DNA of 64,000 nt. It comes from Cyanophora paradoxa CCMP329 (taxonomy: Eukaryota > Plantae > Glaucophyta). The translations under genes and the position numbers were made by a program. Below the pieces are notes generated by a model, which worked only from the letters and a program-made list of their open reading frames with translations, was not told the origin of the DNA and did not search any database. This document shows positions 49,401-61,229 of this stretch, piece after piece. Each line of letters opens with the position of its first letter. Position 1 is the first letter of the stretch. The stretch is taken from the NCBI GenBank assembly GCA_004431415.1, contig QPMI01000495.1:188147-252146 (forward strand). Reading direction: 5' to 3'.

Positions 49401-52400
49401 CGACTACTCCGAAGACCCGCTTTCTCCACTCTGGAGAGGTCTTCAGGCGTTCCGGACCGGTGCCGAGAACTCCGGCAACGTGTTCGTGACCCATCTCTCC
49501 GCGAGGACAGCCTTAGGGCGTGCCCGCGAGCTCGGCGACGTAGCAGCATTCCGACAGGCCCTGCGGCTCCATCTGGACCGTTACCCGGAGAGAGTACATG
49601 AGCGCGTCGGTGCTCGTAGCTACCCGAGCAGCTTCGAGCTCAGCCGCGTGGAACCGGGACCTGACCTGCAACTGTCACTGGTTGAAGGCTACCCTGAGGG
49701 CCCGTACACCATCCGTATTCAACATCAGGAGGCGGTACTCCTCTCCAACCCCACGTTGTGGCACGCCACTGTTCTCGACGCATTGTATTGGGCGTTGAAG
49801 CGTAAATACAACGGGGACAAATGGACGGATGCGGAGGATTGGCAGGCTCAGTGCCTGGCATACGGAATGACAAACCGCCTTCGACTGATCGACTCCCAGC
49901 CGAACACCCTAGTCCGGCTCTCCCTCGTCCGGGCGATCATGTTCGGGGCCGACAAGATTCTCGGAATTTTCCAGTACTGGAACAAGTCGAAGGAGAACCT
50001 ACTTGCGGATCTTACACCCTGCGTACCGAACGATTACGTGAATCCAAGCACGGCAACCATCGACATTATGCAGGCGTACAACGTCCCATTTCCCCCGATA
50101 CGTCAGAGGATCACGGAGTACGGCCTCAATTGGGACACCCGCTTCCTCCTGCGTTGGGCAGAACTGACCACGCTCCGAATCCACGATTCCATGTTCTTTA
50201 CGGCCGACGACGAGACCACACTGCGGAGTCACCCCCTCATGTTCTCAGGACGGAAACGACCGCCCCCGGCACCGGTGCAGCAACCACGTAGCACAACTTC
50301 AGGCTCAACTGCTAAACGCGTGGGCCTGAAAAAGGGCCGCAAGACAGTAATATCGGAAGACGAGGCTGGTGACGATTGGTTTTACGAAACTGTCGACCTC
50401 AGCCGGAACGCCCGGGCCATATTCGGTACCCGATATTACTACAAGTTCTTCGGTGCCGACATCATCGAGAACGGCTACGTTACCGACAAGTTCGAACGCG
50501 TCGGATGGTGGGGCGACCCCAGGAACGCATCCACCGCAAGCAATCATACTCAAGTGCGGGGACTCGACGACAGCGTCGATACTCAGTGGGCATTTGAGGC
50601 GGGGCACTCGGGCCTCCAGCACGGGAGGGGACAACACAACGACTTCCGCTTGTTCACGCTGTCTTACCACAAGGATCTGCCGGCACTCGAACGTCTGGAG
50701 GACCCCACTATCCCCGAGGATAGTACGGTGCAACTCTACGACGTGACACGCTCAGACACGCGCAACGAAGTATACACGATCAACAAACAGCCGCTCGCAT
50801 TCCGAGGCGTCGAATTCTTTCTCAGTACTCTCAGCTCCGCGATGGCCGAGAACATGAGATACACTCCGTGGTCTGCCGTCCTCGTGGCAGAAATGTGCAG
50901 TGCCTCGCAACCTCGGTCCTCGTTCACGCGTGACTTGACGGCATTGGAGGAGTACGTGAATACGAAGCCTGAATGGGAACACCCACTGGCAGAGAGCCAA
51001 ATTCAGTACTTCATGCACGGCGACACGAACATGGACAAGTTCATGCGGAAGCTTCCAGAGTTCAGACCGATCCACGCGCTTAACCAGCTTCGTTGGCGCG
51101 GAGCACTACAGGCGCTCGACGGCGTGGTACGCCATCGGGCACGCAATCGTTCCAACCCGTACCTGCACGGGGTGCAGACCGTGACAGATGACGGCAATAC
51201 CCGCAAGAACCGTTGCGAGATCAAGTTTACCACCTTGACAATCGCTCCCGCCAATGAGCACAACCCGTTGAATGAGCTCGGTAACTACCTCACAGCGTTC
51301 CGAAGCCCACTCGAGCGGCCTCAGGGACATGAAATGGCTCCCCCGCTTGGCAACGGCGGACCCCATGCTGGCACGTTCCACGAGTTCAACTCCCCGACGA
51401 TACTGAGCGACACCCTGGAAGTCTTCGCCAACGGCGGCCCGCGAATTTACACAAAGACGCGGACCAGGGACACCCAGGCTGTCGTTCACGTGTTCGATGC
51501 CAACAACCGTGACACTTGGCTCCAAATCGCCCGTTCGAACAGGCCACAACGGCCCGCGGACCAGCCTGCATACTTCGACTACAATCGCATACCAATTCTG
51601 CTTGAGGAGACGATCCTACCCGGCGGCGTCTGGAAGACCATCGAGAGGCCTACTAGGCCGACGGAGGGTGCATTCATCCACGTTATCCCCTTCAAGCCGG
51701 AAGTACATCACTGGGTCCACCACTTCGCACATCACGTAGCAGCTTCAATCCGTTTGTACACGGCGTTCCCGTCGAAACAGATGCCAATCCACGACGGCCT
51801 GCTGGAGATTCTCGACGAATACGTGACTTCGAATGCGAGCCTACTACACTTCCGTGTCGACGACGACGGCAACATGACCGTGTCTCAGGAACTGCAAGAC
51901 TGGTACGCCCGGGATTTTGGCACGGCAACACCACCACCCGGCGCCATGTTTGCAACGGCCTTCATGGCACTACTAGTCACGGCGATTACAACGCAACTCG
52001 CGGCAGTTGTCCGCCACGGGGCCCTCGGCAATGCCGGGCGCGCCTCCACAACAGCCAAGGAGACATGGCAACGCTACGAAGATCGCCAGTCGCAGCATGC
52101 ACACTTTCCCGCTGCCTTCGACCTCCCTGTCAACGTCATCGAGATGTTTGGACACGACGGAACCATGGTCGGCAACAGGGGCATGGACAACCTCGGCATG
52201 GGCGTGAGCCAATACACGTTCAACAGGAACGAGTTCGAACGGTCCTGGCGTCATTACGAACAGCACGTGGGTCCGGAGGTACTCCTACAGTACAATGAGA
52301 TCCACGCGTCCGAGGAAGATTCGATTCCCGAATTGTTTCTCCTTGACTACGGCGCAATACTGTTCTCCGACGACCTCGTGGAGCATCGTACGCGCTGGAT

Positions 52401-53950
52401 AACGCTGGCTTACAACGCTTCCGGCACGTCACGGGACGACCGCATCACCATGACAGCTGAACTGGCACCCCCCTTGCGGTACAGCGGAGGTCTCACAGAA
52501 GCCGACGGAGCAAATCCTAGCCGTTTCGGGCCCCACCTCTACATCGGTGACGACGAGGACGGAGCTCCTCCCGGACCATTTGAGGGCGTCGGGTTGTCCA
52601 TCAACCCGCTGCGCGGCGCTCTACAAGTCGACCCCCGATACCCGCGGACGTACCTGTACGACCAGGCGACGGGACGATGGAGCAGCCCAGGCTGGTACGA
52701 CGGCAGAACGCGGCCGCCGCGAATCCAAGTCTAGCCGGTACGAAGCCGAGGCCGAAGCGCATGAAGGAGACAGACCTCCCGAACGACGGCGAGAAGGAGC
52801 ACAAATGGGCCCTGTGGATCACACCGCGAACAATTGACGGTGCTCGGGTCGGCGGCAAGACGCCCGTCGTGATTGACAGGGGTGACACGGCTCGGGCACT
52901 TCGCCTTTGTCGCTTCGACGTCGCACCCGAGTTCAAGCCCCGTCTGCCCCAAACAGGAGTTCACCGCGTTCGCTTCCGGCGCGTCGCCCGAACACCACCG
53001 GTAGCGGGCAGCGACAGCGACACCACAAGCACGACTTCTCGAACTTCGGCACTAGCTCCACGCGGAAGTAAAGGAGCCCTCCCGCCTACCTTCTACTTCC
53101 GTGCACACTACCGTGACCTCTCCCAAACGCCTGTGGACACCTCGTACACGGAGTACAGCTGGGAACGCTTCGCGGCACACGGTCAGTCTCACGAGTCCAT
53201 CCCCGTACTCTGGCCAGACCTCTGGGACGAAGACGGAACGAACTTCAGGACTGAATACGATTTGTATGACTGGAGCGCATTCCGAACACCGCATCAGCTC
53301 AATGCTGACGCCCTCGTGTCATTGGCTGAGGATCTGCGAGCACGGCCGCCTGACCTCTCCAACTCGGCGGGAGCCTCCTTGGACGTCGTGCGCACACGCG
53401 CCCTGTTCACTCGCATGGCGTTCATCATGAACACTTTGGGGTTCACCGCGTGGGACGCGGTCAAACACGCCTCGCTCGTCTCCATCCATCGGGACCGCGC
53501 TCGATTTTACTTCAACTCGATCCTGCAGGGCGACACCCGCCTACCTCACCAGTGGAAGACGCTGGTCAGCTACTTGCGCGAGGGCCTCAGTCGCCACGGC
53601 CATCATTACGCGGAATACGACACGCTCGTCGACTTCGATCCCAACCCTGACTCGGATGAGAGCATCGCTTACATCTGGTTTGGCCGGAAGACCAGCGTAC
53701 ACGCCCAATACCTCACAACATCCCCGAGACGAGGACTCGGATTCAGCCGGCAGGACCACAGCACTCGTCCTAGCAGCGGCCCGGTGCCGTCCAACAGCAC
53801 CCGCCTGATTCCAAACCGACCTCGAACCTTCGCGGCGGTACATGTTTCAACAGAGCACATGAATCGGTCTCCAAGGTGGAGAAGACTGCCCGCATCCGGG
53901 TTGCCCGCCTCCCACCTGACGCCATCTCATCGTCACGACCTTTGACGACG
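43451..53950 (+). CDS. About 10-kb uncharacterised coding region between gag and protease
   Basis: Overlapping same-strand ORFs of 762, 348, 2021 and 422 aa, joined by apparent single-base frameshifts. No domain I can recognise. Confidence 0.75.
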
Positions 53951-54560
53951 CCAGTGGAACGGAGCTACCAGACAGCACTTCGTGTCCGCACGGCAAGAAT
54001 GCTCGGTTGGCTGGGTGACATCGTGTCTCCTAACGACATACCTACAGCCGAGGATACGGCAATTGGACGTCGAATCGCTCAGCTGACAAAACCCGACCGG
54101 ACAATGAAGCAACGGATTGCAGATGGTCGCATCTGCGTGTCGGTGCGACTCGGGTCCTATGCACCAGGACGGAAAGTCGGACCGTCCGTCAAAACTCTGG
54201 CGTTGGTGGATACGGGCGCCGCAGCTGACGTGATTGACGGAGACCTCGCTGCGCGCATCGAGGGCCTCCGTTACAGCCGCGCGCCGCCAGTACAACTGAC
54301 CGGATTTGGCGACGACATGACGGCTTACGCTCGCATCGCCTACATGGCGGTCATGATTGGTCCCGTACGGTCGGTGAGAGAGGTCCTAGTGGTGGACAAG
54401 GGCCTCATGGGGTCTACTCAAATGCTCCTTGGATTGGCGACGCTCATTGCCATGAACGCTCACATCTCGCTCGACCCGACTAACTGGGGAATGACGATCA
54501 CGGCACCTGACGCCGACAATGGCGAACGATACCATGTCCCTTTTTGCTTGCGGACCAGAC
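53950..54560 (+). CDS. Retroviral-type aspartic protease
   Basis: TLALVDTGAAADVI (Asp codon at 54209) ... VQLTGFG ... QMLLGLATL. Confidence 0.9.
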
Positions 54561-55499
54561 CGACGGGGGCGTTCTGGTCCGCCTCGCCCAAGATGTCACC
54601 GTCGGCCAGGCGAAGCTCTCGTTCGCTGTTACGTCTCGACGGGCCCTCAAGACGCGACTGACGATGCGCCGGAGATGCTCCTCACGCCGCCGCCGCACAT
54701 TGTTGGAGACGACGACGGAGCCGACGACCCCGGTGAAGGAGATGAACCGCGTCATCTTGTCCCTCACCAAATACATCGACGTCCTCGAGGAGGAGCTTTC
54801 CTCGCTCAGGTCTGCAATCCACAACGCCGACCCGTCCGCTTGAAAGCGGGGACCGTCATCGCGGAGGCGGAATTCGGCAAGTGGCCCGAGAGCGAGTTCC
54901 GACCCCACGACGACGTCCATCGATACCCGACGGGTACTTACAAGACCTGGTCGAGTGACGAGAAGCGCAAGTTCCCCATCTCTTCCATTGCCGTCCAAAT
55001 CCTCTCCAATGTGCAACCCGTGATTGTACCTGGGCGATCACAGCCTCGACGTTACGTATCCCGAGTGCACGAACAGTACCCCTCTGTTTTTGCACGGCCA
55101 CCACAACCCCAGACCGAGGACCAAGGCCTAGACCCCGCTCACAGAGCGGCGCCGACGCCCCCAGTCCTCACTTCCGAAGCTCAAACCCAACTCTCACGCT
55201 TCGTGACTGCGTTCGTCACGCGATACACCCGAGAATCACGCGCGATTCTGACGCCATCGGAGATCAACGAGTTGTGCAAGATCTTCGAACCCCACTTTGC
55301 CGATACCTATCGGCAAGGCAGGCCCCTCCTCAGCCCTGTATGCATCACGTTTGCCCCGACCACGCCGTCGGCGCAACCGCGTTGCATCACCATCTCCTCC
55401 GCTTCACCCGCCGAACCCCACGCAATGGAACCTCCTTCGAGCGCCAACGCCACCCCCCCACCACAGACGGAGGAGGAGGTCCGACAACTCGTCGACGAT

Positions 55500-56950
55500 C
55501 TCATGCAGCCGTCGAAAGACGACAACGATGTGACGGAGGAGGAGCGTGACCAACTACGTAGCCTCTTCACACGGATGGCGCACTGCTTCGCGCAGCGCAT
55601 CAACCCCAAAGAGCTACTGAAGTACCGTCACAGCATCCGACTCCTCCCCGGCGTACCTACGAAGCATCTGCCTTTGTACAGCGTGCCCCGGCGCCTCTCT
55701 CCCCCTGCTGAGAAGGCGGCCAAAGCCGAAATCGAACGACTGCTGCAAGATGGTCTGATCGAACCCTCCCAAGCTGGATACGGTTCCCCAGTGGTACTGG
55801 CGCCCAAGAAGGACGGGACAATGAGATTTTGCGTCGATTACCGCAAGCTGAATTCGCTCACGGAGCGCGACGTCTTTCCTCTCCCGAGAATAGACGATCA
55901 ACTCGAACGCCTGCAAGGCGCGACGTACTTCTCGACGTGTGACGCCACCTCCGGGTTCTGGCAGCTTGAACTCGACGAAGAATCCAGGCCTCTGACGACG
56001 TTTATCGTGCCCTGGGGCATGTACCAATGGCGAGTTACCCCGTTTGGTATTACGAACGGACCAGCGGCGTTCTGTCGAGCAGTGACATCGATCTTGGGCA
56101 ATCTGCTGTCGACAAGCGTTGTCGCTTACGTTGATGACCTCACGGTCCACTCCCCGACGGCCTCACAACACCTTGTCGACCTTGAGGCTTTCTTCGCCGC
56201 GATCGAGCGAGGAAACCTCAAGCTCAAACCGTCCAAATGCCGTTTCATGGTGAAAGAGATCGACCTACTCGGACACCGTGTCAGCCGCAACGGCGTGAAG
56301 ATGGACAAGACCAAGATGGCCCTCATCGAGAAGACCCAGGAAAAAGATCTCGGAACTGTCGAGTCCATTCGCAGCTTCATCGGCATGACTGGATTCTACA
56401 GACGGTTCATTCGCAACTACGCGAAGCGGGAACTGCCCCTACGCGACCTAGTCACGCGAGCAACACGAGCTGACTCGCTGACGGTCACCTGGGACGATGA
56501 CGCTCGACGGGCGCTGGACGACCTCAAGGCCGCCATCATGGAGGATGTCGCACTACTCTTACCCGACTTTGCCAAACCATTCGTCATCCACACGGACTGG
56601 AGCAAGCGCGCCATGGGGCGGTCCTCATGCAGGCTGACGACTGCGGACGAGAGCGTCCCATCGCTTTCATCAGCAGGACCCTGACTGCGACGGAGCGCAA
56701 GTTTCAAAGTCCGACGGAAGGGGAATGCATCGCGTACTCTGGGCGGTGAAAGTGTGGAGCCATTACTTCGAGTGCGGGCACCCATTTACAGTCCGGACCG
56801 ATCACTCGGCACTCCAATGGTTGAAGTCACAGGACGTGACGAACAACAAGGCGCTCTGTCGAGCGGCGCTGGACTTCAGGGCTACAACTACACCATCGAG
56901 TACCGCGCGGGGCGCACCAACGTTGTTGCAGACTTCGAGTCGCGTCTGGA
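55500..56950 (+). CDS. Reverse transcriptase and RNase H (Gypsy type)
   Basis: LIEPSQAGYGSPVVLAPKKDGTMRFCVDYRKLN, DATSGFWQ, PFGITNGPAAF and YVDD (56127-56138). RNase H motifs PFVIHTDWS, FTVRTDHSALQWL and YTIEYRAGRTNVVAD span frameshifts. Confidence 0.95.
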
Positions 56951-58149
56951 ACCGTCACACGACCTCTTCCTCCCAGGAGCGGGTGACGGCTCAGACCTCA
57001 CGACTGACATCCCCGACGGAGCTCGAGGATTCGGTGTACCCCGCCGAGGCGATCTCGACGACCCAACCCAGCTCTTCGCGGTAGCCCCCACGGACACGCT
57101 CGACGGGCCAGCATGGGCGTTGGCGCCGGGAGCGAAGCGGCGTCGCCAAGCGCCCCCTGTAGACGAGCATCGACCCGTTGGCCAACGGCTCGGTCCCTCC
57201 TCTACAGCACCCCAGCCGCCGACGTCACCCCCCAGTTCGCGACGGCGAATTCGGCCGACGGCGACAGTGACACCGGTGACGAGGACGAGAGTGCACAGCC
57301 CCTCCGCCCCGACGCACTCGCACTGAGCCTTCGCTACCACCCCACGCGGACGGAGCTCAGTCTCAGGGACAAGAGGGCTGCCCAGCCCCGTGCCCCCTTT
57401 CCCGAAGCGACCACGTGGACGCCCGCGGAAACTCCCCCCTCCTCCCCCTCTAAACGACTCGTACTTGCGAGCTTTGGAATCCGAACGAGATCGGAAACGC
57501 CTCCAGGCGCAAGCTGGCCTTCTACCTCGTCCGTCGGCAACGGAATCCCGCTCCACCTCCGCGCGACCCGCTCACCGAGCGGCTTGCACGTGGTGAGCGA
57601 GACAAGGCGAAGACGACAACCAAGCAGCAACGCCGCGAGTCAGAGGAGCAGTACAAGCAGGCCCTCGATAACCGCCGCGAGCAGCTGTCAGACCAGGCCA
57701 AGAGTCGTCACGATGCCAACCGCCGCTCGTGCAACCGACCGGAACCGCCGACCAAGTCGACGCGACGCGAAGCGAGGAACGCCGACTGGAAGCGTGGAAG
57801 CAGTCAGCAGACACCCCTCAGCGGGCCGCAGACCTGCCCCCTCGCCTCCCAGGGAGGAGATCTCGATCCTCTCGCCACTCCATTGCGCCCCCCGCCGTTC
57901 TCGACGTCGCCGACGAAGCTGAGTACGAGGCGTACTTACAGCAGCAACGCGACTCTGGAATTCCTCAGCCTACTCCGATGAGCACCGACGCTGTCGCGCC
58001 GCTGGACAAGTCTCCTATTGGCCTGCCGGAGGAGACCGCAACAAGCCCGCAGTCATCCATCTACCTGACGACGTGGTGGTGGAAGATACGTGGCTGCAGG
58101 GACCCCGACCACTGGTCGACGTCCCCGTACCACCGTCTGTCGCCAAACT

Positions 58150-59500
58150 CGCTGTCGACGGCGCCGCCGTCGTTGCAGCACAGGCGGAGGACCCGCTCTG
58201 TCAACTGCTGCGAGCCTTCATCTGCAAGGGCGAGAACAACGCCATGTGCCTTCGGCACCGGCGAGCGGCGACGGTAGAAACAGAGATTGTGCAGCAATGC
58301 ATTCACTGCGAGTCTGCGAGACGACGGTTCGCTCGTGAAGCCGAGGGCTACACGATCGATGAGGAGGGCACTGTCCTTCGGCTACCATTCCTGCCTACCA
58401 TGCGAGCTCAAATCCTCGTTCCCCGTCGTGGCGACGCACCTTCCTCGAGGTGTATCACGACGGGTGGCACACCGCGGCGCTCCCATTGTGGCGCGGCGTA
58501 TCGCGTCTCGTTTCTGGTGGCCGGGGATGACGAACGCTGTTCACCGCTTCGTGAAAACGTGCCGACACTGCCAGTTCGCGAAGGCGCAACGCCGCCCGAG
58601 AGTCCAACACATGGTGCTGGAATCCGCGCATCCTGGGGACTTGAGGCAGGTCGACCTGTTCCCCATGGAACCTCACAGGCGCGGGGTCCACCTCTTCACC
58701 GGCGTGATAGTCGACGTCGACGCCTTCACCAAGTTCCCGGAGATTATCATGTACACCGCGGCTGACGGCCAGGCCCTGGAGATGGCGGCACAGATCATCT
58801 TCGCGCTAACGGTGCTCCAAGCGTTACCTCTCTGACAACGGGACGGTCCTCGACGAAGTCTCTTTGGGGAACCTTCTGGCGAGCCAAGGGTACGCGCATG
58901 ATCTACACTGGGATCAACCACCAATCTACCAACGTGGCGCTGAGCGTCTGGGCGGCATCTACAAGCGATTGGTGTACGCGATGTGCGACGAGAACCACGA
59001 GCCTCGCGCTCACTGGCCCTTCATCATTACAAAGTTCTCTTTGCCTGAGGACAACAATCCATGCGGCGACTGGGTTCTCGCCGGCAGTCTTACACTACGG
59101 GCGCGAACTGCTCTACCCGATGAGCTTCGACTCGATCTGGTACTGCGGGAACCAAACGAAGAGTCGATCTCTCTGTACGAGTACGCGCTGTCGCGGCGAG
59201 GGCCGCTAAGGATCGGATCACTGCGGTGGCCGAGCACCGGCGTCTTTACAACGAGAAGTTGCTCCGTTACGGGACTGGCCGCGAGCCTACCTATGTCTTC
59301 CAGCCTGGCGACAAGGTGTTGGTGTGGATTATCACTGCCAAGACTAGCGCGCGAATCAAGGGGCCGAGGAATGGCTGGACGGGTCCCTACGTGGTGCAGG
59401 AGATCCATTCCCGAGGCCTTCTGTACACTGTACGCGGGAGCCATCGTCGAACATGCATCGATCCCAGTCGATCCTTGTTCACGTTGACCTCATGATCCCC
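58150..59500 (+). CDS. Integrase (HHCC finger, rve core, GPY/F C-terminus), frameshifted
   Basis: YHDGWH...RFWWPGMTNAVHRFVKTCRHCQ; QVDLFP...VDAFTKF; SDNG; AERL; FQPGDKVLVW...WTGPYVV. No chromodomain seen. Confidence 0.88.
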
Positions 59501-60112
59501 TTTACGATCGGCCGCCGACGTGGCAGAGCCTCGACGTCAGGGCCGACCGCCTCGAGCCGCTCCCCCTCCGCCGCGAGCGATCCCGACGCCATTGATGGAG
59601 CTGTACCCCTTGACGACGAGGTCGAAGAGGACGAGGTCGTGGTACCCCCGAACCTGTCGGCGAGGCCGTCGTTGTAGATGACTGTGATGTTGACTCTGAG
59701 GATGGAGATGCTGACGCCACCTCGGCGTGAGTCGATTGCCACACGTGACGCGGCACGGCTGCCTCACGCTGATCAGTCGACGTTAACGTTGGATCCTTTC
59801 TGAGCGATGACAAATTGGATGGTGATTTGCCCCCGTCTCTGAGGCGGTGCACCCTGCACGCGCGCTCCCCTGGAATGTGTGGCCCCTGGGTTTCCCTGCT
59901 ACCATTCTGAGACGAGGCGAGTACCGGATCATGCCGACCGATGTCGCGGGCCGAGGGCCATTGCTCGCGCTAAACTAAAACTTTTCCTTTGCGCAGCGAG
60001 CGGCTGGGTAGCGGCTGTACACCGCTGCTTGGTTTGCTCTGTCAAGGCTGCAGCGGGCCTCGGGCCCGTAAGTCTGTCGGACGGCCGCCTGGTGTGGCCG
60101 CGAGGACGCGAC

Positions 60113-60128
60113 CTAGGGACAAGAGGGC
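60113..60128 (+). promoter_or_regulatory. Polypurine tract
   Basis: TAGGGACAAGAGGGC lies immediately before the 3' LTR. Confidence 0.7.
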
Positions 60129-60424
60129 TGTTGCCACTGTAGTTTAGCTTGCATTCAGGCCTTCGAGCCACTCTGTAGTATAGTGCTAGTGCGCGGGCTG
60201 AGGCTGTAGCACTTCTCAATAGCTCATAGACTTGCCGGTACCTCCGCAGTACCTAGGACTCCTCCGCGTTGCCGGTTCGTAGACAGATTCTGTACCCCCC
60301 CTACGTTGTTCGATACCCCTCAGTCCTGTAAGAAGCCCAGCTGCGACCCGTTCGTGCTACGCCTGCGCGCCTGCTGCCTAGCATGGGGCTGGGATCACAT
60401 TGGGACACTAACTAAGCCTATTGA
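60129..60424 (+). repeat. 3' LTR (296 bp)
   Basis: Near-identical to 39909-40209. Confidence 0.95.
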
Positions 60425-60879
60425 ACATATTCATACATGTCGCAGCTCTGCCCTTGTGGCATCTGCATGTCTTGTTTTTTGCTTTGAAAATCGCTATGGC
60501 GTGCACTTACATCGACATTATTGATTGCAAATTGTCAGGACAGCTCTGCCTCGCGTGGCATTGTTGCTGTATTTCTTTCAGTGCACGGCACTAGTGCATA
60601 CTCCTCGCCGGAGATGGAGATTCGGTCGCCATTTTCTTTCCCTTGCGCAGTTCAAGCATCTGGAGTTCAGGCACGCCTCCCCCATAAATCGCTCGTGCAC
60701 TGACTGGCGACCGAACGCATCGATGGCATTATACATACGCATTTTACATATATGTGTGCTTCTGTGTGCCGTTAGAGCCTTGCACTCGTCTGCAGGCTCT
60801 CGGCCTTCGCTCTTTTGCTCTTCATGGCAATTGTACAAGTAGTACCTCAATTGCAATATACGAAATGAGCGCTGTCCGA

Positions 60880-61110
60880 ATAGTTGTTATACGAGGAACG
60901 TAGTATAACGTACTTCGGACAGCGTGAATAATGTATAATTGTTACATAAATTTCGCACTCTTTGTTGCTTCGCAACAAGTACTTCTTGGGTACTTGTTGC
61001 ACCTGCAACAAGTCCTACGAGCTTCCTAAGAGCTGCAGCAGTGAGCTATCGCTGCAGCTGCTGCAGCTTCTCTTCAGATTGCTTGATAGCAGCTTCGCTT
61101 CTTGCTCCCA
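60880..61110 (+). repeat. Internal direct repeat A2 of YR element 2
   Basis: Near-identical to 38369-38599. Confidence 0.95.
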
Positions 61111-61229
61111 CCCAACCCTCCCTAATATATGGATGCTGTTCTGCTGTCTATATAATTCCCTCCCTTGCGTGCGGCCTCGAGCTGCATTCTCGTGCACTAT
61201 TAATTGCGTGCTGTTGTTTTTTCTGTCAG

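Larger units (their letters stand above)
39909..60424 (+). mobile_element. Giant (20.5 kb) Ty3/Gypsy LTR retrotransposon
   Basis: LTRs at 39909-40209 and 60129-60424. ACAT TSD at 39905-39908 and 60425-60428. PPT before the 3' LTR. Domain order gag-PR-RT-RH-IN. Confidence 0.95.

Noticed and set aside
46669-52734. Possible env gene in the giant Gypsy
   Set aside because: The position is wrong (before the protease), and there is no signal peptide or convincing C-terminal transmembrane anchor.
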